NCBI GenBank assembly: GCA_963813055.1 | Contig: CAWEXM010000006.1 | Coordinates: 364,433-428,432, forward strand | Source: an uncultured Solirubrobacteraceae bacterium | GTDB lineage: Bacteria; Actinomycetota; Thermoleophilia; Solirubrobacterales; Solirubrobacteraceae | Reading direction: 5' to 3' | DNA: 64,000 nt | Shown here: one piece after another, positions 8,443 to 16,252 of the stretch | How the letters are laid out: each line of letters starts with the position of its first letter | Position numbering within the stretch: the stretch's first letter is position 1 | Notes under the pieces: model-generated | What the model was told of the DNA's origin: nothing | Database searches by the model: none | What the model saw: the letters and a program-made list of their open reading frames with translations, nothing else | Translations under genes and position numbers: made by a program

Positions 8443-9951
8443 GCACGACGACCGGCGAGAGGAGCCACATGAGCGCCACACAGACGGACACGCCCCGAGA
8501 CACACGCTGGATCGCGCTGTACGTGCTGTGCGTGGGGATGTTGATGATCGTGCTGGACGTGACGGTGGTGAACGTGGCGCTGCCGTCGATCCAGGACGAC
8601 CTGGGCTTCTCCACGTCGAGCCTCGCGTGGGTGGTGAACGCCTACCTGATCGCGTTCGGCGGGCTGCTGCTGCTGGCGGGTCGCTTCGGCGACCTGATCG
8701 GGCGCAGGAGCATCTTCCTGGCGGGCGTCGCCGTGTTCACGGCGGCGTCGCTGCTGTGCGGCCTGGCGCAGAGCCAGACGGTGTTGATCGTGGCGCGCTT
8801 CGTGCAGGGCGTCGGCGGGGCGATGACCTCGGCGGTGATCCTGGGGATGATCGTGACGATGTTCCCCGAGCCGCGCGAGCAGGCGAAGGCGATCGGCGTG
8901 TACGCGTTCGTGGCCTCGGCGGGCGGCTCGGTGGGCCTGCTGGCGGGCGGCGTGATCACGCAGTCGATCGACTGGCACTGGATCTTCTTCGTGAACCTGC
9001 CGATCGGGATCGCGACGGCGGCGTTCGCGCTGCGCCTGCTGGACCGCGACGCGGGCATCGGCTTCGGCGGCGGGGCGGACATCCCCGGCGCGGTGCTGAT
9101 CACCTCGGCGCTGATGCTCGGCGTGTACACGATCGTGAAGCCCGCGGCGGAGGACGGCTGGGGCGCGGGCCGCACGCTGACGCTCGGCGGCGATCTCGCT
9201 GGCGCTGCTGGGCGCGTTCCTGGCGCGCGAGGCGACGGCGCGCAACCCGCTCGTGCCGCTGCGGATCTTCCGCTCGCGCAACGTGGCGGCGGCCAACCTG
9301 ATCCAGGTGCTGTCGGTGGCGGGGATGTTCGGGATGTTCTTCCTCGGCGCGCTGTACCTGCGCCGTGTGCTCGGCTACGACGCGCTGCAGATCGGCCTGG
9401 CGTTCCTGCCGGTGACGGTGGCGATGGGGACGCTGTCGATCCGCTACTCCGAGCGGCTGTTGACGCGCTTCGGCGCGCACGGCACGCTCGCTGCCGGGGC
9501 TGTTCCTGATCACGGTCGGCGCTGGTGCTGTTCGCGCAGGTGCCGGTCGGCGGCGGCTACGTGCTGCACGTGCTGCCGTCGATGCTGCTGCTCGGGATCG
9601 GCGCGGGCGTGTGCTTCCCGGCGCTGATGAACGTGGCGATGTCCGGCACCGAGCCCCACGAAGCGGGCCTCGCGTCGGGACTGGTGAACACGACCGCGCA
9701 GGTCGGCGGCGCGCTCGGCCTGGCGGTGCTGGCGACGCTGTCCGCGTCGCACACGCAAGACGGCGCTTGCCCACGGCCACTCCGACGCGGCGGCGCTGAC
9801 GAGCGGCTACCACCTGGCGTTCTGGATCGCGGCGGGCCTGACGGCGGCGGCGATCGCGGTCGTGCCAGCGGTGCTTCACCTCGGGCCGATGGCGCAGCAC
9901 GCGCCGGCGGAGCCGGACGAGGAGGTCGCGTTGGACGCTCAGGCGGCGTAG
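8439..9951 (+). CDS. DHA2-family MFS efflux transporter, interrupted by about 3 frameshifts (near 9190, 9500, 9760)
   Basis: LDVTVVNVALPSI, GRFGDLIGRR, WHWIFFVNLPIG, then PLRIFRSR and ASGLVNTTAQVGGALGLAV in successive frames; final TAG at 9949-9951. Confidence 0.85.
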
Positions 9952-9978
9952 GCGGAGAGTTGCGCGCGGGCGCGTAGC

Positions 9979-10007
9979 TCAAGTCAAATGCTCGGCAATG
10001 CCGATAA
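9979..10007 (+). promoter_or_regulatory. sigma-28/WhiG-type promoter
   Basis: TCAAG-N16-GCCGATAA with a consensus -10; ATG 15 nt after the start of the -10. Confidence 0.6.
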
Positions 10008-10014
10008 TGAAGCC

Positions 10015-10143
10015 ATGCAGCGACTCGCATTTCCGCTTCGTCGTCCGGGGACATTGATTATCACGGTGCTGGCGGCCACGGATGTGGCATACCGCCTGCT
10101 GCTGCGCGAGTCGCTGCGCCGCGCCATCGGCATGCGCAAATAG
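10015..10143 (+). CDS. small 42-aa hypothetical protein (MQRLAFPLRRPGTLIITVLAATDVAYRLLLRESLRRAIGMRK)
   Basis: Translated by hand (below the ORF-track length cutoff); same promoter-to-ATG distance as pilT and pilD. Confidence 0.5.
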   Translation: MQRLAFPLRRPGTLIITVLAATDVAYRLLLRESLRRAIGMRK

Positions 10144-10268
10144 AAACACTCGCCGTCGGGAAGGTTCTCGGCCGGACGGCGTCCTGTGTGGGTGAGGCGC
10201 GCCGCACGAAGCCGCGCGCGGGGGCATCTGACCCCCGGAGGCCGAGCGAGGAAAGGCGGGAGAGGATT

Positions 10269-11090
10269 GTGAGACTGCGCGGACGCTACCTACCGCTGGC
10301 GGCGCTGCTGGGCGCGTTCGTGGCGATGCTGCCCGCCGTGGCGAACTCGGACACGAGCCCAACGGTGGATGCCGTCAACACAGGCCTCTACGAACACTCC
10401 TGGTCGCCGGCACAGGTGGAAGTCGGCGCCGGAGGGGCGGTGACTTTTCGCAACGCGACGGCGGTGCCGCACGGCATCGAATGGGTGCATGGACCGGCGA
10501 CGCCGGCATGCAGCGCGGGCGTGCCGGTGAGCACCGCGGTGCCGAGCTCGGGGACGCAGTGGAGCGGCACGTGCAGCTTCTCTCAGCCCGGCACGTACAC
10601 GTTCTACTGCACCGTTCACGGGCCCTCTATGGCGGGAACGATCACGGTGAGCGGTGGCGGGACGACCACCACTGCCACGACGACCACGCCGACGGGCACG
10701 ACGCCCACCACGACCGGTCCGACGGGGCCCGTCGAACCGATCTCGGGCTCCTCGCCGCTGCGGGTCAAGACACTCGAGGGAGGGCACGCGGGCGGCGCGG
10801 TGCACGGCTCGCTCTCGATCTCGCAGGCCGGCGCGGGTGCCCGCCTGGAGGTGGACGTGTTCGCAAGCAGCGCCTCGCTGGGTAAAGCTGGGCGCTCGCG
10901 AGTGCGGGTGGGGCGCCTCGTGCGCAGCTCTCTCGCCGCGGGAACGGTCGGGTTCCGCGTGCGGCTGAGCGCGCGGGCGCGCCGCGCGCTGAAACACCGC
11001 AGACGTCTGACGCTGGCGGTGAGGATCACGCTCACACCGCCACAGGGCGCACCGTCGAGCGTGACACGGACCGTCGTCGAGCACGGATGA
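10269..11090 (+). CDS. secreted plastocyanin/azurin-like cupredoxin with a basic C-terminal domain
   Basis: Signal peptide; type-1 Cu ligands PHG...YCTVHGPSMAG; Thr/Pro linker. Confidence 0.85.
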   Translation: MRLRGRYLPLAALLGAFVAMLPAVANSDTSPTVDAVNTGLYEHSWSPAQVEVGAGGAVTFRNATAVPHGIEWVHGPATPACSAGVPVSTAVPSSGTQWSGTCSFSQPGTYTFYCTVHGPSMAGTITVSGGGTTTTATTTTPTGTTPTTTGPTGPVEPISGSSPLRVKTLEGGHAGGAVHGSLSISQAGAGARLEVDVFASSASLGKAGRSRVRVGRLVRSSLAAGTVGFRVRLSARARRALKHRRRLTLAVRITLTPPQGAPSSVTRTVVEHG

Positions 11091-11103
11091 GGGGAGAGCG
11101 CAG

Positions 11104-12543
11104 ATGAGGCACTGGAGGCGTTGTGTGCTGTTGACGACCGTGACGGGGGCGCTGTTTGCGCTTCTGCCCGCGGTGGGCAGCTCGACGGAACCGACGATCG
11201 ACGCGGTGAATGCGGGTCTCTACGAACACCACTGGTCGCCTGAACAGGTGGCGGTCAACACGGGCGCGACGATCGCGGTGCGCAACGCGACGACGGTGCC
11301 ACATGGTGTGGAATGGGTGAGCGGGCCGGCGACGCCGGCGTGCACGGGCGTGCCGGTCAGCACCGCGGTGCCTAGCTCGGGTACACAGTGGAGCGGCACG
11401 TGCACGTTCACACAGGCGGGGACGTACAAGTTCTACTGCACGGTGCACGGCCCCGCGATGAGCGGGACGGTGACGGTGTCAACACCGGGAGCGCCGACGG
11501 CGACGACGGGTGCGGCGAGCGCCATCGGACAGACGACCGCGACGCTGAACGGCACTGTCAACCCGCAGGGCAAATTGACGAAATACCACTTCGACTACGG
11601 GCTGACGATGAGCTACGGCGAAAAAACGAGCGAAGCGTCCGCGGGTGAAGGCAGCACGGCGGAAGTGGTGGCGAGCTCGCTCAGCTCGCTGGCGCCGGGA
11701 ACCACCTACCACTACCGGCTGGTGGCGACGAACGCGGCGGACACGACCGAAGGGGCGGACAAAACGTTCACGACGCAGCCCGCTCCTGGCGCGCCAAGCG
11801 CAAGCACCGGCACGGTGAGCGCGCTGAGTGAAACGCAGGCGACGCTAAACGGCACGGTCAACCCGAACGGCCAGGCGACGGAATACCACTTCGAGTGGGG
11901 ATTGACCAGTAGCTACGGACAGAGCACAGAAGAACTCCCAGCGGGAGAAGATCACGCGGCTCACGCGGAGTCGACGGCGTTGACGGGCCTGGTGGCGGGC
12001 ACGGTGTACCACTTCCGGGTGGTGGCGAAAAACGCGTCGGGCACGGTGCAGGGGGTGGACAACACGTTCACGACGACCTCGCCGCCAACGTCCGAACCGC
12101 CGCCGACCACCACCACATCGACCACCACCACGCCGACGCCTCCGCCGACCGGCAATCCGCTGCCCCCGGCCGTGCTCGACCCGATCGTGGCGCCAGCGCC
12201 AGGACCGGCCATCGTCGGAGCCCCGTCGTTGCGCTCCGCTCAGCGCGGCGTGTCGGTCAAGGGCTCTCTGAACGTGTCAGCCGCGGGTGCGGGCGGGCGT
12301 CTGGAGGTGGACGTGTTCGCGAAGGGCGCGTCGCTCGCTAGTGCGAAGGCGGCGCCGGTGCTCGTAGGGCGCTACGTGCGCGGTGCCGTTGCCGCTGGGA
12401 GGGTGTCGTTCACGGTGAAGCTGAACGCGAAGGGGCGAAGCGCGCTCCGTCGGCGTCGCAGCCTCTCGCTGACGGTGAAGATCGCGCTCACGCCAGCGAG
12501 CGGTCGGGCAGCGAGCGTGACGCGATCCGTCGTGCTGCGGTGA
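11104..12543 (+). CDS. secreted cupredoxin + two Fn3-like repeats + basic C-terminal domain
   Basis: Signal peptide; PHG...YCTVHGPAMSG; two ATLNGTVNPxG..T.YHF.(Y/W)GLT.SYG repeats; Pro/Thr linker. Confidence 0.85.
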   Translation: MRHWRRCVLLTTVTGALFALLPAVGSSTEPTIDAVNAGLYEHHWSPEQVAVNTGATIAVRNATTVPHGVEWVSGPATPACTGVPVSTAVPSSGTQWSGTCTFTQAGTYKFYCTVHGPAMSGTVTVSTPGAPTATTGAASAIGQTTATLNGTVNPQGKLTKYHFDYGLTMSYGEKTSEASAGEGSTAEVVASSLSSLAPGTTYHYRLVATNAADTTEGADKTFTTQPAPGAPSASTGTVSALSETQATLNGTVNPNGQATEYHFEWGLTSSYGQSTEELPAGEDHAAHAESTALTGLVAGTVYHFRVVAKNASGTVQGVDNTFTTTSPPTSEPPPTTTTSTTTTPTPPPTGNPLPPAVLDPIVAPAPGPAIVGAPSLRSAQRGVSVKGSLNVSAAGAGGRLEVDVFAKGASLASAKAAPVLVGRYVRGAVAAGRVSFTVKLNAKGRSALRRRRSLSLTVKIALTPASGRAASVTRSVVLR

Positions 12544-12592
12544 GTCAGGTGTCCCGGGATGGCCAGGGCGCACCTAGCTCGTTACCCCGTTC

Positions 12593-14035
12593 TCATCCCA
12601 GTTCAGGTGGTGCTGGTTTACTGGTTTCGGTCGGTTTTGAAGTGGGTTCGGGGATGGGTTCGACGAGTATCGTCCGCTCCGCTTTGGCCGTGGCGCCGAG
12701 CGAGTCGGTGATGAGCAGTTCGACGGTGTAGCTGCCGGCTTGCGAATAGGTGTGCGACGGGGCGGCTTCTTCGGAGGACTCATCGTCACCGAACCTCCAC
12801 TGGTAGCTGGCTATCTTCACTCCAGGTGGAAGCAGGGATCTGGCTGCGAACGCGATCGGCTGTTCGGCGACGAATCCTTCGCCGGTGGGAGATTGCGCCT
12901 GCACCGACACGCGTGGCGAGCTGATTTCTTTGCTCGTGACTTTCGAGGTTTCTCGAGCGGGGGGTTGTTTGCCTGTAGGGCTGGGTTTGGCGACGACGAC
13001 CAGGCGTGTCGCGCTGCCCAGGATCGCTCCGTGCCCGTCGGTGACTGTGACGATCACCCGGTAAGTGCCTGAGTGCTTGTACACGTGCCGTGGGTGAGAG
13101 GCGAGGCTGCTCCTGCCGTCGCCGAACCACCACGCGTACGGGTCCGCGTTGGTCGCCGTTTTGGCGTGGAAGGCGACCGTCTCGCCGGGGCGGGGCGCGG
13201 CGGGTAGGAAGTCGATCTTGATCGGGTGCGGGATTGGGGAGGACCCGGAGCTGTCGATGACAGCCCCCGCCGCGCCGCCGAGAAGAAGCAGAGACAGGGC
13301 GACAGCCAGCGCCAGAGGTGGCGAGCTGAGAATGCGCGCGATCCAGCCCGGTGGCGGCGGTGGCGGTGGCGGCGGGATGCTTGCGCGCAACGTGTGGCAG
13401 AGCGTGAGAAGGTTGCCGTCGGTCGCTTTCAGGCCCCGCGCGTCGCCGGTCCGCGCTCGGGTCTCGCGGGCTTCGCTGAGCATGCGATTGGCTTCGAAAT
13501 GCTGCCCGGCCGCGAGATGCAGGGTGCCCAGTTCGTGGAGCGCCCACGCCTTGCCGTCATCGTCGCCAAAGCGCTCGGCGAGACTGAGAGCGAGGCGCAG
13601 CGAGCGAAGAAGCTCGAGCCATCGCCCGAGGAGGGCGAGCAGCGTGGCGAGCTTACGCGCGACGCGTATGGCGTCGGACCAGCGTTCATGGCGGTCGAGC
13701 CGCTGGAGGAGGTCGAGCAGGGCGTCGGCCTCGTCGCTGAGGGACTTCACGTCGAGGCGACGCTCGGAGACCTCGGTGATGAGACGCGTCACGTGCTCCA
13801 ACTTGTCGGTGACCTGCGAGGCGGTCTCGACCGGGCCAGGGGAGGGCTTCGACGCTGTCGGGGGCGCCTCTTTGGCAGATCTCGCTACGGCTCGCTTCAG
13901 AGACGCAGATCCACGCGCATCGCGCGCGGAGATCGCCATGCCGGCCGAGCCGCCGACCTCCAGCACGTAGTTGCCAGCGTCAGCCGACAGGGAGACTGTT
14001 GTTGAGGGGGGCGGCGGGTCGGATGCGTCGGCCAC
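12593..14035 (-). CDS. TPR-like / transmembrane / double PKD-domain protein
   Basis: AWALHELGTLHLAAG TPR-like helices, poly-Pro then a TM helix, two W.FGDG/D..P.H.Y...G.Y.V PKD motifs; GAGGA RBS before the GTG. Confidence 0.7.
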   Translation of the reverse strand: MADASDPPPPSTTVSLSADAGNYVLEVGGSAGMAISARDARGSASLKRAVARSAKEAPPTASKPSPGPVETASQVTDKLEHVTRLITEVSERRLDVKSLSDEADALLDLLQRLDRHERWSDAIRVARKLATLLALLGRWLELLRSLRLALSLAERFGDDDGKAWALHELGTLHLAAGQHFEANRMLSEARETRARTGDARGLKATDGNLLTLCHTLRASIPPPPPPPPPGWIARILSSPPLALAVALSLLLLGGAAGAVIDSSGSSPIPHPIKIDFLPAAPRPGETVAFHAKTATNADPYAWWFGDGRSSLASHPRHVYKHSGTYRVIVTVTDGHGAILGSATRLVVVAKPSPTGKQPPARETSKVTSKEISSPRVSVQAQSPTGEGFVAEQPIAFAARSLLPPGVKIASYQWRFGDDESSEEAAPSHTYSQAGSYTVELLITDSLGATAKAERTILVEPIPEPTSKPTETSKPAPPELG

Positions 14036-14216
14036 CGTCGTGTCCTCAGGCGTTCTGCCGGGATCTCGGGCTGCGTGGCTGCGGCTGTTTCAAGATGCTG
14101 CCCCCAATGTGCTGTGCCTGCGACGCGTCAGTGAAGAAATCCTAGCAAATGGAATGCATCATGCGTGGCTCCTGGAGCCCGGTTTGTCCAGGGCGCGACG
14201 CATCTACAGCATCTCC

Positions 14217-14837
14217 TCAGGTAGCCGCGGGCGCTGAGGGACGCGCCTTGAACTCGGCGGTGGAGTTCGTTCGGGGGAAGCTCTCGTCTGGAACATCGAG
14301 CCCGAGCCGCTCACAGATGGGCTCCCATCCTTCCCCAACGGACCACTCCAGCAGGCGCTCGGGCGCGATCGCCTGGCGCACGGCGTCGTTGTGTCGCTCG
14401 AACGCATCGATCATCGCGTGTTCATCGTCGAGCTGATCGCTGAACCGATCTCGCAGCATCCTGCGGATCGTTGCCATCCATGGCGTCAATTCGGCGGGCG
14501 GGTCGGCCATGACGCGAAAGATGGTGTTCGACGCGCTGCGATACCAGGACTGTGGATCGCGCACCGACAAGAGGACCAGGGCGTCGGGATTTGCTGCGGA
14601 TAGCTCCGGCCAGAACGACGCGCCGGGCCAGTCGACGAGCGCTGTGTACTTGGCGAGCATCGTCTCCCAGCTGACCGGACGCCCCTCGATCGCATCGGTC
14701 CAGCCCGGAATCTGGCCCCGGTCGTTGAGGATCTCGAACATGTGGTGGCACGGCGTCCCGAGTAGGCGCTCCAGGGCGATCTTGAGGGAGTTCGTGCCGG
14801 TGCGACCCACGCCGGCTCCTACGATCTTCAGTGACAT
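14217..14837 (-). CDS. sulfotransferase-family P-loop protein
   Basis: KIVGAGVGRTGTNSLKIALE, CHHM, VDWP, RDPQSWYRS, GWEPICERLG, FPRTN. Confidence 0.85.
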   Translation of the reverse strand: MSLKIVGAGVGRTGTNSLKIALERLLGTPCHHMFEILNDRGQIPGWTDAIEGRPVSWETMLAKYTALVDWPGASFWPELSAANPDALVLLSVRDPQSWYRSASNTIFRVMADPPAELTPWMATIRRMLRDRFSDQLDDEHAMIDAFERHNDAVRQAIAPERLLEWSVGEGWEPICERLGLDVPDESFPRTNSTAEFKARPSAPAAT

Positions 14838-14860
14838 GCGACCCCCAGGGTAATCCTTCG

Positions 14861-14929
14861 ATGTCGGGTTCGCAGGTTGACCTCTTGAGTCACGATGCTG
14901 CATCTCGTACGGAACGTATGGCTGACATT
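14861..14929 (-). promoter_or_regulatory. shared promoter/operator cassette, copy 1 (sigma-28-like promoter + TACG-N3-CGTA palindrome)
   Basis: Minus strand TCAAG-N15-CCCGACAT; 15-bp and 18-bp blocks identical to 29138-29185. Confidence 0.65.
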
Positions 14930-14992
14930 GCAGGACTGCCCGCCTCTACGGGCGCATGGCGCTGAGATCAGGAAGTCAGCCAGCGACCAAAA

Positions 14993-15008
14993 CCAAACAC
15001 TTGTTCGA
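14993..15008. promoter_or_regulatory. putative LexA (SOS) box
   Basis: CCAAACACTTGTTCGA versus actinobacterial TCGAAC-N4-GTTCGA; about 45 bp upstream of the YhcG gene. Confidence 0.55.
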
Positions 15009-15051
15009 TTACGGTCACCGCCGCCCCGATCGTGGGGATACGATCGTTTCA

Positions 15052-16188
15052 ATGACAAGACGCAACGTGCCCGCACGCAGCGGCGACACCCTGCCGGCTG
15101 ACTACCCGCGGTTCCTCGAGGAGGTCAAGCGCGCCGTCTCGACTGCACGATCACAGGCTGCGCTGGCAGTCAGCGCAGCCGTGCTCGCAGCCTACTGGGA
15201 GATCGGCGCTGGCATCATCACGCGTGAGGACCGAGAGGGCTGGGGCGCGAAGGTGATCGAGCGACTGGCCGCGGACCTGCGACGGGAGTTTCCCGATATG
15301 CGAGGGTTGTCAGCTCGTAACCTTCGTTACATGCGCGAGTTCGCGCGGGCGTGGCCGGCCGAGAGCGCCAGCGAAATGTTGCAGCAACCTGCTGCCAAAT
15401 TGCCGTGGGGGCATCACATGGTGCTGCTCGACAAGACGGCGGACGCTGATGTGCGCGCCTGGTACGCGCGTGCGGCCGTCGAGCATGGCTGGTCGCGCAA
15501 GGTCCTCGAGGCCCAGATCGCCGGCGATCTTCGCGGCCGGCAGGGCGCGGCCCTCACCAGCTTCGACCACGCCCTACCGGGGTCGGACTCAGAACTCGTC
15601 CGTGACGCGATCAAGGACCCATACAACTTCGAGTTCCTCAACCTCTCAGCCGATGCGAAGGAGCGTGACCTGGAGGCCGCGCTGCTGGATGACGTGCAGA
15701 GCTTCCTAATGGAGATGGGCAGAGGGTTCGCCCTGGTCGGACGGCAGTTCCCGCTTCGGGTTCCCGACGGAGAGAGCGGCGAGGAGTCCGAGTTCTTCCT
15801 CGACCTGCTGTTCTACAACTACAGGCTGCGACGCTTCGTCGTCATCGACCTGAAGATTGAGGACTTCAAGCCGGAGTTCGCCGGCAAGATGAACTTCTAC
15901 CTCAATGCGGTCGACGAACTCGAGCGCCAGGATGGCGACGCGGCGACAATCGGCTTGGTTCTGTGCCCAGGACGCAACAAGACCGTGACGCAGTGGGCTC
16001 TGCGCGGCCTTGATACTCCGGTCGCGGTCGCTCGGTATACGACCGGCGACACCACCATGACCGACGAGACCCCCACTGCGCTCAGGCCGGCGCTGCCCGA
16101 GCTGCCCGAACTCACCGCGGAGCTCGCCGGGATCGCCGAGGCCGCGAGCGTGATCTACGACGCCGACAAGCTCGATACGAGCACGTAG
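15052..16188 (+). CDS. YhcG/DUF1016 PD-(D/E)xK nuclease-domain protein
   Basis: YWEIG, WGAKVIERLAADL, GLSARNLRYMR, LPWGHH, KDPYNFEFL, MEMGRGFALVGRQ, DLLFYN, VIDLK, GKMNFYL. Confidence 0.93.
   Translation: MTRRNVPARSGDTLPADYPRFLEEVKRAVSTARSQAALAVSAAVLAAYWEIGAGIITREDREGWGAKVIERLAADLRREFPDMRGLSARNLRYMREFARAWPAESASEMLQQPAAKLPWGHHMVLLDKTADADVRAWYARAAVEHGWSRKVLEAQIAGDLRGRQGAALTSFDHALPGSDSELVRDAIKDPYNFEFLNLSADAKERDLEAALLDDVQSFLMEMGRGFALVGRQFPLRVPDGESGEESEFFLDLLFYNYRLRRFVVIDLKIEDFKPEFAGKMNFYLNAVDELERQDGDAATIGLVLCPGRNKTVTQWALRGLDTPVAVARYTTGDTTMTDETPTALRPALPELPELTAELAGIAEAASVIYDADKLDTST
15375..15401. repeat. imperfect 27-bp palindrome inside the YhcG gene
   Basis: AATGTTGCAGCAA-C-CTGCTGCCAAATT; 24/27 identical to 16195-16221. 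Confidence 0.85.
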
Positions 16189-16194
16189 AGATCG

Positions 16195-16221
16195 AATTTG
16201 GCAGCAGCCTGCTGCCAAATT
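16195..16221. repeat. perfect 13-1-13 palindrome just downstream of the YhcG gene
   Basis: AATTTGGCAGCAG-C-CTGCTGCCAAATT, starting 7 bp past the end of the stop codon. Confidence 0.9.
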
Positions 16222-16252
16222 GACCCGCGAAGCCGGAGGACGGGTCGCGGAT

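Noticed and set aside
10145-10265. GC-rich hairpins upstream of the first cupredoxin as a possible riboswitch
   Set aside because: Stems exist (CGCCGTC/GACGGCG; GGGG/CCCC) but I recognise no conserved aptamer motif; they could be a terminator or chance pairing
14905-14929. TGTCAG/TGTCCG motif in the shared cassette as a PafBC (RecA-NDp) promoter
   Set aside because: The spacing to the TA dinucleotide is 12 nt rather than 10 and the final T of TAnnnT is missing
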